Assembly (NCBI RefSeq): GCF_006345805.1
Contig: NC_043004.1
Span: forward strand, 9,548,001 to 9,612,000
Direction of reading: 5' to 3'
Source of the DNA: Octopus sinensis
Lineage: Eukaryota
DNA: 64,000 bases
Shown: piece by piece, positions 23,257-37,404 of the stretch
Position numbering within the stretch: position 1 is the first letter of the stretch
Layout: every line of letters starts with the position of its first letter
The notes under the pieces: model-generated
The model's input: the letters and a program-made list of their open reading frames with translations, nothing else
What the model was told of the DNA's origin: nothing
Database searches by the model: none
Translations under genes and position numbers: made by a program

Positions 23257-23650
23257 ATAATAAATGGGTAAAATCAATTAATTAATTAATTTCACCAAGT
23301 AGTGTTCAGTATGTAAGAGGACCATTTGAGGTATATTTAAAACATTACGTTATATAATTAGGGTTCAGTAAAATAATTTACTTTACCACACACTGAACTT
23401 TTAGAAATAGCAGCCAAAAAATCTTAGCTATTTCTTCTACTATAAGAAAAATCTCCTAGACATTGTATACTCAAAAATAATTCACGTAGGTATGGAGGGA
23501 AAAATAACAAAAGATCACATGTACATTAAGATTACTCGAGAACGTACGTTACTGGATTAGTTGAATTTAAAACTCAACATTTCTTTCGTCAGCTCAAAGA
23601 TTTCTTAGATTTGGATTTGAGAGCACTAAAAATCGAACATACCCGTCAGA
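23255..23650 (-). repeat. Diverged relative of the 561-bp unit, with a degenerate hammerhead at 23535-23598
   Basis: Shared blocks TTCACCAAG..TGTTCAGTATGTAAG.GGACCATT, TTAGAAATAGC and GAGAACGTACGTT; CUGACGA core; GAAA changed to GUAA; (TA)n at the 3' end. Confidence 0.7.
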
Positions 23651-23784
23651 ATACAGTGTACATTCAAACACATAAGAGATAATCAAAAAATAAGATATCT
23701 GACTCACTAGAAAGAGCAGTTAAACTGAGTCAGATATCCTATTTTTTGGTTAACACTTATGTGCTTGAATGTACACTGTATTCT
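23648..23784. repeat. Imperfect palindrome, ~59-bp arms, 19-nt loop
   Basis: AGAATACAGTGTACATTCAA...ATATCTGACTCA / TGAGTCAGATAT...TTGAATGTACACTGTATTCT. Confidence 0.85.
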
Positions 23785-24300
23785 TCTCTGAATAATGTAT
23801 AGTCTATTGACTAAATTTTTCCTTCTCGCTAGACCACTGGTAACAAAGAATTTTTCTATAAATATTCTTGCTACCCTAAGATTTTATATATATATATACA
23901 CCCACAATCACACATGCATATGCATATATATATGTATACATATACATGCATGCACACATACATGCATATACATATATGGAAAGCAAAGTAGTATAGGGAA
24001 CGCTAGTAATTTTAAAATTGTGGTTAAGAAATTTGATGTCATAGGGCGAGGGAAGAAGAGAAGGAAGAGAGAAAGAAAAATAAAGGAGAAATGGAGATAT
24101 AAGCAAATAGAGAATAAATGATGGACGGAAAGAAAAGATGAAGGAGAGAGTAGGAGGTATGGGAAATACGAATAAGGTCTAAGTTGCAGATATTACTGAG
24201 TAAAGGGATACTATTTGAAATAGCTGAAAGAGTAAACACCTGTAAACACGTTCTTTATTGGTGTTGACCAGTGTATGCTTGGAAAGGAGGAGAAAGGCCT

Positions 24301-24385
24301 CCATCGAAACTTATGTCGGAGATATGGTGTTATAAACGAGATTTAAGTAACATATTGAGCATTTGTCTCCATTTTCCATTAATCT
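24301..24385 (+). repeat. 3' half of the family b hammerhead repeat
   Basis: ATCGAAAC-TTAT-GTC-GGAGATATGGTGTTATA...TTTGTCTCCATTTTCCATT, followed by (TA)n; CUGAUGA half absent. Confidence 0.65.
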
Positions 24386-24403
24386 TATATATATAATGTG
24401 TGT

Positions 24404-24722
24404 GAAGACGCATGGCTCAGTGGTTAGAGCGTCGAGCTTACGATCGTGCGGTTGTGAGTTCGAATCCCTGACCGGGCTGCGTGTTGTGTTCTTGGGCAAG
24501 ACACTTTATTTCATGCTGCTCCATTCACTCACCAGTAGGAATGAGTTGCGACGTCACAGGTGCCACGCTGTATCGGCCCCTTTGCCTTTCCCTTGGCGTG
24601 GAGAGAGGAGGCCGGTATGCATGGGCGACTGCTGATCTTCCATAAACAACCTTGCCCGGACTTGTACCTGGGAGGGTAACTTTCTAGGAGCAATCCTATG
24701 GTCAGTCAGACTGAAGGGGGTC
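24404..24722 (+). mobile_element. SINE family 3 (tRNA-derived)
   Basis: A-box TGGCTCAGTGG, B-box GAGTTCGAATCC, TTCTTGGGCAAGACACTTTA motif; other copies at 25330-25618 (-) and 43938-44048 (-). Confidence 0.8.
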
Positions 24723-24724
24723 TC

Positions 24725-24761
<37 letters not shown>

Positions 24762-24766
24762 AATAT

Positions 24767-24808
<42 letters not shown>

Positions 24809-24822
24809 ATATATATATATCT

Positions 24823-24854
<32 letters not shown>

Positions 24855-24857
24855 ATA

Positions 24858-24896
<39 letters not shown>

Positions 24897-24902
24897 TAGA
24901 TA

Positions 24903-25089
24903 GGCGGAGGAGTGGCTGTGTGGTAAGTAGCTTGATTACCAACCACATGGTTCCGGGTTCAGTCCCACTGCGTGACACCTTGGGCAAGTCTCTTCTACTA
25001 TGGCCTCGGGCCGGACTAAAGCCTTGTGAGTGGATTGGTAGACGGAAACTGATAGAAGCCCGTCGTATATATATATATATATGCGTGAT

Positions 25090-25126
<37 letters not shown>

Positions 25127-25285
25127 GCGTGTGTGTATGTATATGTTTGTGGTTGTCCCCCACCCATCGCTTGACAACTGACGGTGTGTAACTTAGCGGT
25201 TCGGCAAAAGATACCAATAGAATAAGTACTAGGCATACAAAAATAAATCCTGGAGTGGATTTGCTCGATTAAAGGCGGTGCTGCG
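24903..25285 (+). mobile_element. SINE family 1
   Basis: Same head, internal (TA)n and tail as 18021-18421. Confidence 0.85.
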
Positions 25286-25329
25286 AGAAGTAAATAAAAA
25301 TATATATGGCCGTGGGATTGCAGCTCGAA

Positions 25330-25618
25330 TGTTCCCCATCGTGGCACAAGTCAGGGTTGTTAATGGAAGACCATCAGTCACCCATGCATATCCGCTTCCC
25401 CCCCCCCTCACGCCACCAGTATTATCCAAGGGAACGACAAAGGGGCCGATGCGGCTTAGCACCTGTGATGACGTTGCAACTCATTTCTACAACTGAGTGA
25501 ACTGGAACAACGTGAAATAAAGTGCCTTGCTCAAGAACATGACACACAACCTACTTTGAGAATCGAACTCACTAACTCATGATTATGGACTCGGTGTTCT
25601 AAAAACTGAGCCATGCGG
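25330..25618 (-). mobile_element. SINE family 3, inverted copy
   Basis: Reverse complement of 24404-24722. Confidence 0.7.
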
Positions 25619-26067
25619 GCACGCACACACACAAACACATCCAAACGGAGTGAATGAAAATATTTGAAGCTTTTACGAAGTAGGGTTTAGGAGTTAAGAA
25701 GATGAACGAAATCGTCGCTCTCCTCTCCCTCCGTCTTCCCGTCTTTCTGTCGCCGACATGTTATATATTAAGCAAACCTGTTCGTAGATTGATGTTTGAC
25801 GTGGAATGCAACGGTGACAGAGGGTGCTTGACTCTCAAATAAGTCATGGATATACGTAGGAGATGTCGCGTGTGTGGGTGTGTGTCTATGCATATATATA
25901 TATGTGTGTGTGTGTGTACATATATATCCATGTTGTGATTTTTATGTATGTTTGTAAACCATAAAAGAAAAGTAATATAACTGAGTAGACTTTAAATTGT
26001 TATACGTATTCATATACTCACGCATCAATAATGTATGCATGGATCGATATATCCTATCTTTCTTTCG

Positions 26068-26134
<67 letters not shown>

Positions 26135-26222
26135 TATATATATGTGTGTGTGTGTGTGTATGTGTGTGTTGTGGTGTGGGTGTGTGTGGTTGTGTGTGTA
26201 ATGTACGTATAAATATATATAT

Positions 26223-26256
<34 letters not shown>

Positions 26257-26702
26257 TTTTATTCTTAACATTTCTGTGCCAGCTCGACACCTTGGTCGAT
26301 CCTCATTCATAATATATATATTTATACATATATATTATATATACATTATGTATATATATATATATACGTGTGTGTGTGTATGTATGTATGTAAAGATAAA
26401 TGGTGTGTCGATAGATAGTTATGAACAGAATTAGACGAGAATAACAATATCTGTATCAATTCAAATGCAGACTTAGAAGACGGCTAACAGTAGTTTTTTT
26501 TTTTTCTGAGATTTTTCCAGAAGACTAAATCGTTAAATAACACAACATGTATACATGCATATATGTATGTATATATAAAACAGAATAAATTTATTTACAT
26601 TCATACATACGTAGGTATGTATGTATATATATAATATATAATATATATATTATATATACACACACAACAATTACCCACGCCAACATACTCACACACACAC
26701 AC

Positions 26703-26758
<56 letters not shown>

Positions 26759-27049
26759 GGCTCAATAGCATAGATCAGTAGGGAACAAAATGAACTCTCA
26801 GCTCTAAAAGGAAGACCGAGATAAGATAACATTATCTTCCATATTTTATAATCCTTTATTAAATTTTATCAAATATTACATTGGAATTTCAAATATCTTC
26901 CAGTGACACCATTTATCTTTTAAGCTGTTGAACAATTCTAACTAAACAATGACAAAACTATATTCGATATAATCTGTTTGTTGTTAGCTTCTAAAAATAT
27001 TGCTTAAAAGCATTGAATTCATTATCCTTATAATTATTTCTTTTACTTT

Positions 27050-27900
27050 ATTGCTATTATTATTATTATTATTATTACTATTATTATCATTGATATTGTC
27101 GCTCTTTTTGTTATTCTTGTTATTGTAGTTGCTTCCTATGGTATTTTGCATCGCCATTATTATTTATTCATTTGTATGCATTTGTTATGGGAGACTGTAT
27201 TATGTAAGATTCCATTTTTTTTCTTTCACGCTTGTTTTGAATCTTTGTTTGGCCTGGCGGGAAAGGATAATTGTTGCTTTTGTTACTGATGACACCACCA
27301 CCGCCACTGCCACACTGCCACTGCCACCACCACCGTAATAATGTTAATAACAACAAAAAAGAATAATAGTATGAGTTGTAACAGTAGTAATAGTAGTCGT
27401 AATAATAATAATAATAATAATGGTTACTTTTATTGCCACTAGAACGACCGAGGGGAGACATTACAAGGACCCATTATAGTGGTTTCTTGTATAATAACAA
27501 TAATAATAATAATAATAACAATAATAATAATAATAATAATAATAATAATTAGTAAGAAGACGATCAACAACAACAACAACAACAGCAAAATAACAATTAA
27601 TGCTTTCTTTTATTAGCCATAAGGGTCCAAGACATTCAAAATAGTATAAAGGCGAAATACATAAATAATAATGATGGCGGCAATAATAATAATAATAATA
27701 ACAACAACAACAACAAAAGCATCAGCAATAACAACAACAACAATAATAATGATAGTGGTAAGAATAAGAGCAACAACAATAAAAATTGTTATAGCATTGT
27801 CCTTAATTTTGTTGTAGTTATTGTTGCTGTTGCCAGTATAGTTATCTCTCATTATTCATATGGCGGTCGTCGTCGTGATTGTTGTTGTTGTATAGTTGTA
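27050..27900. repeat. AAT/AAC/GTT-rich trinucleotide microsatellite field
   Basis: Direct reading. Confidence 0.85.
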
Positions 27901-28135
27901 TTGTTTTGCGTGGTGGTTGTTGTGGCAAAGGCATTGGGTACCTTCGAGCTTTAACCTGAAACGATGCCACCTCATTGGTTATTCATAAACGAATCTCTGT
28001 GATGAGTTATCCGACCTTTGTGTGAATAGAACAATACTTTGGCAGCCATTCACCAAATCATTAGATTCATAAAAGAGTTCAAGGATGTTTAATTTCTTGT
28101 AGCAGAGACGAAGGGTTGGCGCGCTTTTCTGCGTA

Positions 28136-28157
28136 TGTATATATATATATATATATA

Positions 28158-28216
<59 letters not shown>

Positions 28217-28470
28217 ATATATATATGTAGATGTATATATATGTATGTATGTATGTATATATATATGTATGGTAGTATGATATATATATATGTATGTATG
28301 TATATATATATATGTATGTATATATATATACGTATGCATGTATTATATATATGTATGTATGTATATATATATATATATATGTATGTATATATATATATGT
28401 ATGTATGTATGTGTATATATATATATATATGTATGTATGTATATATATATATGTATGTATGTATATATAT

Positions 28471-28502
<32 letters not shown>

Positions 28503-28566
28503 TATATATATATATATATATTATATGTATGTATATATATATATGTATGTATGTATGTATGTGATA

Positions 28567-28618
<52 letters not shown>

Positions 28619-28625
28619 GTATATA
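28136..28625. repeat. (TA)n/(TATG)n compound microsatellite
   Basis: Direct reading; source of the IY/MYV ORFs. Confidence 0.95.
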
Positions 28626-28749
28626 TGTACGTAGGCTTATATATATGCGTGTGTGTTGTGTGGGGAGAACAGCGGTAATGGAGTAAAGAAATTGAGCGTA
28701 CCAGAGTAACAGAGGGGTGAGACAGATCTATCTCTCTATCTCTCACGTG

Positions 28750-28795
<46 letters not shown>

Positions 28796-29517
28796 CAGAG
28801 AATGTTTTAAAGCTACAAAAGAGAGGAGAAGGGGGCAAGTAATCGGAAGGTGAAGAATGGTATGAGCTAAGAGGTATATAAAGATATATTACATGAGAAT
28901 ACGTTAGAATTTATGATTCAATCAATTATCTTTGTGTGTGTATGTGTTGTGTATGAGTATTATGTATGTATATGTGTATGTACATAAATGCCCACACACA
29001 ATTATATTCCCGCCTACACACATACGCACACACATAAATGTAAATATATAGATACGTGTGTGTGTATGCATATGTGTTCGTGTGGGTTTGTATCTGCTTG
29101 TAAACAATTTGCTTTAAAATAATTCCATGATTATAAGCTTTCCTCACAAAACGCAGATTTTACAGCAGAAGATTTGCCGAATCGATCTCGAGCTACAGTT
29201 TCAGCAGAGACAAAAGAGGGAGTTTGATCCGTGTGAGTTAATCGCATAATGGTTCACGCATATTGCTTGCAAGTTACTCATTACAAGACTATTGTTCTAA
29301 CGTCTACATATACACAGTTATATAAATATTCGAATTAAGAATGCACGTAGAAATCTAACCGCACTGAAGCTAAATGAAGCTCAACTAGGTTGCGCTTGTT
29401 TAACATAACATACCTCTACGTATTGCCACGTGTTTATTAACGTCAGAATTCTCTAAAAGTTAGATTACATGCATGTTAGAGCCTTTTCGGCATCTTGTGA
29501 TAATGAGCAGATCAACT

Positions 29518-29681
29518 GGCACAGGAGTGGCTGTGTGGTAAGTAGCTTGTTTACCAACCACATGGTTCCGGGTTCAGTCCCACTGCGTGGGCAAGTGTCT
29601 TCTACTATAGCCTCGGGCCGACCAAAGCTTTTTGAATGGATTTGGTAGGCGGAAACTGAAAAGAAGCTCGTCGGATATATG

Positions 29682-29729
<48 letters not shown>

Positions 29730-29973
29730 TATATATATATATTATTATATGCATGTGTGTGTTTCTGTGTCTGTGTTTGTCTCCCTCGCATTGCTTGACA
29801 ACCGATGCTGGTGTGTTTATGTCCCCGTTACTTAGCAGTTCGGCAAAAGAGACCGATAGAATAAGTACTGGGCTTAGAAAAGAATAAGTCCCGGGGTCGA
29901 GTTGCTCGATTAAAGGCGGTGCTCTAGCATGACCGCAGTCAAATGACTGAAACAAGTAAAAGAGTAAAAGAGT
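29518..29973 (+). mobile_element. SINE family 1
   Basis: Same modules as 18021-18421. Confidence 0.85.
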
Positions 29974-30204
29974 ATACTGTTGAAGGAATGGTTTTTTTTT
30001 TAATCACTGGGATTAATTTGTCAACAAGAATATACGAGTATTAAACATTAGAATGTTCTTGTATATATATTTATAATTTACGTGGTATTGCTGGACAAGT
30101 TTCGTTTTGTGTCTGCAAATCAAGATAAGCTCTGGTTGCATATATGTATATATGTTTGCGTATGTGTGTGTCTATGTACTTGTGTGCCTTTGTACCTACC
30201 ACTT

Positions 30205-30360
30205 TAAAACAGATGTTGGTTTGTTTACGACCCCCATCCCGATGCAACAAATGCCAGACTTTAAAAATTGTTGTGGTCGATTGGTTCGGCTAAACATTTC
30301 AAAGAGATGCCCCAGTATGGCCGCAGACCAATGGCTGAAACAAGTTCAAGAATAAAAGAA
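30205..30360 (+). mobile_element. SINE family 1 tail fragment
   Basis: GTTGGTTTGTTTACG...CAGTATGGCCGCAG..AATGGCTGAAACAAGT. Confidence 0.55.
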
Positions 30361-30858
30361 TATACACATGCTTATTTGTCAATATATACATACATGCATT
30401 CATGCACACAGACACACACATATATAAACGTATCTTTATATGTACACACACATACTTTCACACATACACACTTCACACATACACACACACATATATATAC
30501 ATATATACGTGTGTGTGTGTGTATGTATGCATGCATGTATTTATATTTTTATGGCCATCTTATAAAGCTGCACACGAACATATATGGAGCACGCGCGCAT
30601 CAACAAACACATATATATATATTAACACACGTGACATTCAATCTCACATTTCATTTATGTATTTAACGTCAAAGAGGACCATTTAAACGTGAGCCGCATG
30701 GACACCTATTTTATAAACCTTCACTTTTATCAATTTTTTTCTCTTATATTACATATACTATTGTGTGTGTGTGTGTGGTGAGGGAGTGGGCATGCGCATG
30801 TGTGTATACAAATGCAGATTATAATATATATGTTGACGTATATCTAAGCATACAAATA

Positions 30859-30898
<40 letters not shown>

Positions 30899-30929
30899 TA
30901 TATATATATATATAATATATATATAGTAT

Positions 30930-30966
<37 letters not shown>

Positions 30967-31026
30967 GGAAATCTCTTGTATGTGTGGTATATATATATAT
31001 ATATATATATGGAAATGTCTTGTATG

Positions 31027-31068
<42 letters not shown>

Positions 31069-31753
31069 GTCTTGTGTGTATACGGAAGTGTCTGTATGTA
31101 TGTATATATATAATATATATATATACACCACACAAAACACTTCTATATATGTATACACACACATACACCCACACATAGGCACACACATAAATACACATGT
31201 ACACATACACTTTCAATGTCCACTATTTTTTAATGTGTTTCGCCTTTTATTTTTGTTTGATTGGTTTCATCCATTTTGCCTCCTGACTGTCACAATTAAT
31301 TATTTTGTTGAACAGAGCACCATAAGCATTACGAAAAAACACATACAACAACAATAAATAAACACGCAAAGAAATATCGAAATAAATGTGGATAAAAATG
31401 CAAGACAGAAATGGGAAACAGAAATCTTTCAAAGTTTTTATTCATTTACTTTTCCGTTGCGGGGTCAAAGAAGGTGTTTTTCTTGCTGTTGACAATCACC
31501 ACTTTAATATCACATTATGTTTTTATGACGTATTGCAGAGATGTTAGACATTTTTTTTTCTATCATCACATTTTACAAGGTTTGCCTATTATTATTATTA
31601 GTAGTAATAATAGCAGCAGCAGCAGTAGTAGTAGGAGGAGGAGATCATTATCATCTCTTTTTACTTTATCTTGATTTTTTTTTTTCCGACTGCACAACCG
31701 TTGACAATCATACGTCTGTCACTTGTCAGCTCCTTCGTGCGATTTTATTCTTT

Positions 31754-31792
<39 letters not shown>

Positions 31793-31814
31793 TGATGTGT
31801 GTGTGTATGTGTGT

Positions 31815-31853
<39 letters not shown>

Positions 31854-32990
31854 CATTTATATATATGAATATAGATATTGATGTACATATGTATATATGT
31901 ATATAAATACATAATATATATACATATACATATATATATTTATGTATGCCTGAATATATATAAATGCATATATGTATATGTGTGTTTGCACATGTATAGG
32001 TATAAGTGTGTGTGTGTGTGTATAAGTATATATTACATATACGTATATATATACACACACACACTCACACACACAAACAAACAAAAATGTACATATCACA
32101 GGATTTTCGCACGACAGGCACACAACATACACGTAATATGTGACCTATATATATGAATGTGTGCGTGTACATAGTGCACACACCACACACACACATAGTT
32201 ATATATATATATATGAATATATATATAATATAATTAGAAGAGGGAGAGAGAGAGGAGAGAGAGAGAGAGAGAGAGTGAAGACAGAGAGAGAAAACTGTGA
32301 CAAGGTAGGTGATAGATGTCAACTATATATATAAATATATATATATTATATATATATATTATACACACACACACGCACACGTGTGTATGTGCATTTATAT
32401 ATGCCTGGTATGTAACAGCTTTAAAATGTGTTTGTACATCTGAGATTTTTCATTTTCTCATCTCCTCGAGTACATTTTATGCCCAAAATGTTTTCTGGAC
32501 ATTTCAGTCAAACTGACATCATTGTTTCATATCCATACAATCTTGTGTTACTTGCAGCACAGCCTGTTAACAAGTTATAATGGATATTTCCCTGACAGCC
32601 ATTCATTCTGTCATTCTTGAAAAGATTTTATACACTTTACTTTCTCTACGTTTCTGCTACACCTTACTGCCACCGCCTGGGCAAAGCTGTCTATGTGTGT
32701 GTGCGTGCTTTTTTGTGTTTGTGTGTGCTTAACAAAAACAGCTACACAAATACAAATGATAAAAACATATCTGTTTATGAGTAAAACTTATGTGCGTGTA
32801 TATGTAAATATATATATATACATATATATGCATCTACTTATATAATATATATATGCATGTATGCGCACACACATACATATGCATATACATATATACACAT
32901 ATATGATTATATATATATACACATATATGAATATATGATTATTATATACCACATAAATGAAATATATATATATATATATACACATAAATG

Positions 32991-33027
<37 letters not shown>

Positions 33028-33128
33028 TAGATCTATAGAAAATAACACTTATATACTTGGTGTATACGTCATATGAATGTAGGCAAACACACATGTTTAT
33101 GTATGTATATATATATATATATATATGT

Positions 33129-33163
<35 letters not shown>

Positions 33164-33401
33164 TATATGCCTCTCTGAAGGCATATCAATGTATATTTTA
33201 TATATATGATAGGTTAATAGATATGTTTGTCCTAAGAGACGGTTGGAAGCAATTTAATTACCAACACTGAATGCAGAGTTTGTCATCAAAGTGGCAATTA
33301 GATTCTAAATATTTGTTTCATTTCTACCCATATATGTTTTTACATTTACTCAGATACTGAAACATTGGTGTGTACATATGTATAATATATATATATATAT
33401 A

Positions 33402-33457
<56 letters not shown>

Positions 33458-33570
33458 TACGACCGTGTGTTTCTGTAGATATTTGTGTGTGTGTAAGCAT
33501 TAGCACGTATTGACATGCGTATAAATGTGATTATATATAATCAAACTTATTGGCATACCTTCTGAAAAAC

Positions 33571-33606
<36 letters not shown>

Positions 33607-33650
33607 ATAGTGAGCGTGAGAACGAGAGGGGAGAGAAAAGGAGAGAAGAG

Positions 33651-33693
<43 letters not shown>

Positions 33694-33795
33694 GAGAAAC
33701 GCAAATAGCTATAAAAATAAATCGGTACATACCTATTTAAATGAGAGAACTATAGTTATAGAGAGAACCTCAAAGAGAGACTGATATATATATTC

Positions 33796-34600
33796 TCTAT
33801 ATATAAAACGGCAGTGTATGTCTGTGTGGTCTGTGTGTCTGTCAGGTTGTACCCTCACCCTGACCACAGCTTTCAACCGATTCTGATGAAAACTTGGACA
33901 CACACATAGCCCAATGTCATAATTCAAAAACTAACGCAGCGAAAATTTTGAAAAAGTTCTCCCAGTTCTGAAAATATCGATAAATTCGACATGGGTCGAG
34001 AATCTAAGCTTTTATATGCAACACATTTTCTAACAGACTGTCTAGGGGACGCAACTCGACCTTTTTAACTCTCGGAACACGTGGGGTAAGTATCCCAAAA
34101 TGTATAAAAATGTACAAAAACGGCAAAAAAGCGGCAGCAATGTGAGTGACAACAACGAAAAGTCAAAAGTGACCAAACTGAAACAACGAATGGAAAAGGT
34201 TTTTTTGGTTGGCACACGACAAAAGCGGTTTATAATAAACCAAGAGTTTGCAAGTAGCATCCGAGGACCCTTAGGGTACGTCGAAAATTTAAGGTAAAAC
34301 GTTTGGGGTGGTAGTTATAAAGAAAGTGTAAACAAAAAAAGTATTCGAATAACTTGCGGCTGCAGCGCTATTAGCAGAAGTGGCGGTGTTGGGGGTAAAG
34401 TTTCGAATGTAATTTCTTCCTGGTAGGAATTGGTTGGGTTGATTATTATCGATAGCTGTTTGATAGTATTTGGGAGTGAAGAGAAGACATTGCAACCTAC
34501 ACATGCGCCTTCGTTTCCTAGAGGGAAAGGACTAGATTGGGATTAGTCGTTGCCCACTAGGGGCTCTTACATACCCGGGCAACGCCGGGCTATGCTGCTA

Positions 34601-34601
<1 letters not shown>
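33796..34601 (+). mobile_element. Non-autonomous Helitron, complete
   Basis: 5' TCTATATATAAAACGGC; subterminal hairpin CCCGGGCAACGCCGGG (34574-34589); 3' CTAG|T at 34598-34601. Confidence 0.8.
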
Positions 34602-34653
<52 letters not shown>

Positions 34654-34690
34654 GTGTGTGTACACACACACATTAGAGGAAAAAGGACAG

Positions 34691-34838
34691 CAAAACCCAA
34701 GGCAGGATGTGTGACTCAATTCATTCAGAATATTTTATTAGAGTAAGGTAAATTTGAATTAATTAATTACTTCAAATTCACCTTACACTAGTTGAATATT
34801 CTAAGTGACTTGAGAGACTCGTCTTGCCTTGGTTTTTG
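34691..34838. repeat. Imperfect ~150-bp palindrome (MITE-like hairpin)
   Basis: CAAAACCCAAGGCAGG...GTAAGGTAAATTTGAA / TTCAAATTCACCTTAC...TCTTGCCTTGGTTTTTG. Confidence 0.75.
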
Positions 34839-35155
34839 TAATCCTATGTTTTGTAATATATACCTGCTAACTCGGAAGCCTAGTATGGATCACTACTTCC
34901 AGGCTCAGGTGTGAAATTGGAACCTAATGGACAACCAATTATAGCATTTACACAGCGTACCTATTCGTTTAGACCACCAGTGACCTAAACACCTCATATA
35001 CTTTTGCATGCATATACAGACATATCAACACAAACACATGTCTATTATGTATATGTGTGTGTGTGTGTATATATATATATGTATATATATATACATATGT
35101 GTGTGTGTGTGTGTCTATTATGTACGTATATATATATAAATATAAAGAGAGACAG

Positions 35156-35188
<33 letters not shown>

Positions 35189-35189
35189 A

Positions 35190-35385
35190 ATTTAATCCAA
35201 ACAAGAAAGCACAAAAAAACACAACAACGCGAGGATGTGGAACAAATATAGTATTATTGGACGCTAAGGAAAGAAGGAAAGAAGGAGGATTTAACGTTTC
35301 GAGCGGAGCTCTTTGTCGGAAACATAGGAGAAGAAAGATCCAGAGAAGGGAAGACAGAGGAAAAAAATCGCCAACGGTACACATA
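35190..35385 (-). repeat. ~195-bp repeat with minimal hammerhead motif (family c) at 35289-35324, degenerate core
   Basis: Reverse complement of 49950-50140; GUUU-CCGACAA-A-GAGC-UCC-GCUC-GAAA-CGU-U-AAAU; 3' end runs into (TA)n. Confidence 0.7.
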
Positions 35386-35402
35386 GATAGATAGATAGAT
35401 GA

Positions 35403-36211
<809 letters not shown>

Positions 36212-37385
36212 GCAGGTTTGGACATGTTGCACAGTTCGATCTACCACATTTTTTTACTTTTGCATCCATAATTCAGAAAACATTTTGCCTTTGTGAGAAT
36301 CTTTTTAAGTGATTTAGGTTGTTTGTAGCTTTTAATGATTTGATGTATGTTTAGAATTTCCTTCAATTTGGGGTCCTATGAAGTATTGGTAAATTCTGGT
36401 GTGATGATGGTGAAGGCTTCTTTGTTTCTGGGGTTGTATGTAGGTAGTATTTTCGGGGAAGGTGTGTTTTGTGTTGACTTTTCTTAAAGTTTCTATGTTG
36501 ATTTCTGTTGCACATCTGATCCCATCCTCTATGAGTTGAGCTGGGTAATGTCTGTCAATTAGGGTGTTTTTGAGTTCTTGCAGTCTAAAGTTCCTGGTAT
36601 TTGTTCTGACACTATTGTGCATATCCTTCTTGCAAGGTTGAAGGGGATGTTTGTTTTAGTGTGTCTTGGTGGCATGAATTAAAAAGAAGGTAGTGTTTGA
36701 CGTCTGTGGCTTTGTAAAAATGTCTGTTTCTATTTTAAGGTTAATTTTTTTAATTAGTATATCCAAGAACGTTGAGCTTCTTTTGGTTGTATTCCATTGT
36801 GAACTGTATATTTGGGTTTATGCTGTTCAATAGGTTTTTAAATTTAGGAGTTTATCTGTGTTTTCATTCCAGAGTATAAAAACAATCGTATAAGAATCGT
36901 TCCAATTCTCTTTATGTATTGAGAAAGGGGGGTTTCCAAAGATGATAAAGATTCCTGGTAAATGATTATTTCCATGTAGCCATTGTTAGGTTCGCAATGA
37001 CTGGTGCTGCCCTTGTACCCATAGCAATTCCGGATTTTTGACGGTAAAATGTACTGTCAAACATGAAGTGGTTATTATGTAGGATGAATTCAATTGATTT
37101 AGTAATGAATTCTTTACTGATCCTTTTGGTATTTCTTCCGCAAATTGGTCCAGCCAGAACTGTATTGCCTCTAGTCCATAATTATGAGGTTTATACTGGT
37201 ATATAAGTTACTACATCAAATGGAAACCAGGATTGTTTCTTCCTTGGCTTTTTTTGGAAGGTGGTTTAACATATCTAAGTCATCTCTGATATGGCTATCG
37301 ATATGTTTAAGGAAGGGTTTGGGAGGATGTCCATAAATAGACTTAGTCTGTGTGTTTCACAGGTTGGGCCAGCTACAATGGGTCG
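36212..37385 (-). pseudogene. Penelope-like element RT fragment (frameshifted)
   Basis: LRPIVAGPTCETHRLS; LYTSINHNYGLEAI; FYRQKSGIAMGTRAAPVIANL; RFLYDCFILW (DD motif mutated); YYKATD..YLLFNSCH; ends at GRSNCATCPNL before any GIY-YIG domain. Confidence 0.85.
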
Positions 37386-37404
37386 TAGTTTTAGGTCCCC
37401 CGGG

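Noticed and set aside
24404-24480. tRNA genes at SINE heads (also 18021, 41576)
   Set aside because: A and B boxes are present, but there is no complete cloverleaf or acceptor stem, and each head continues into a dispersed repeat body.
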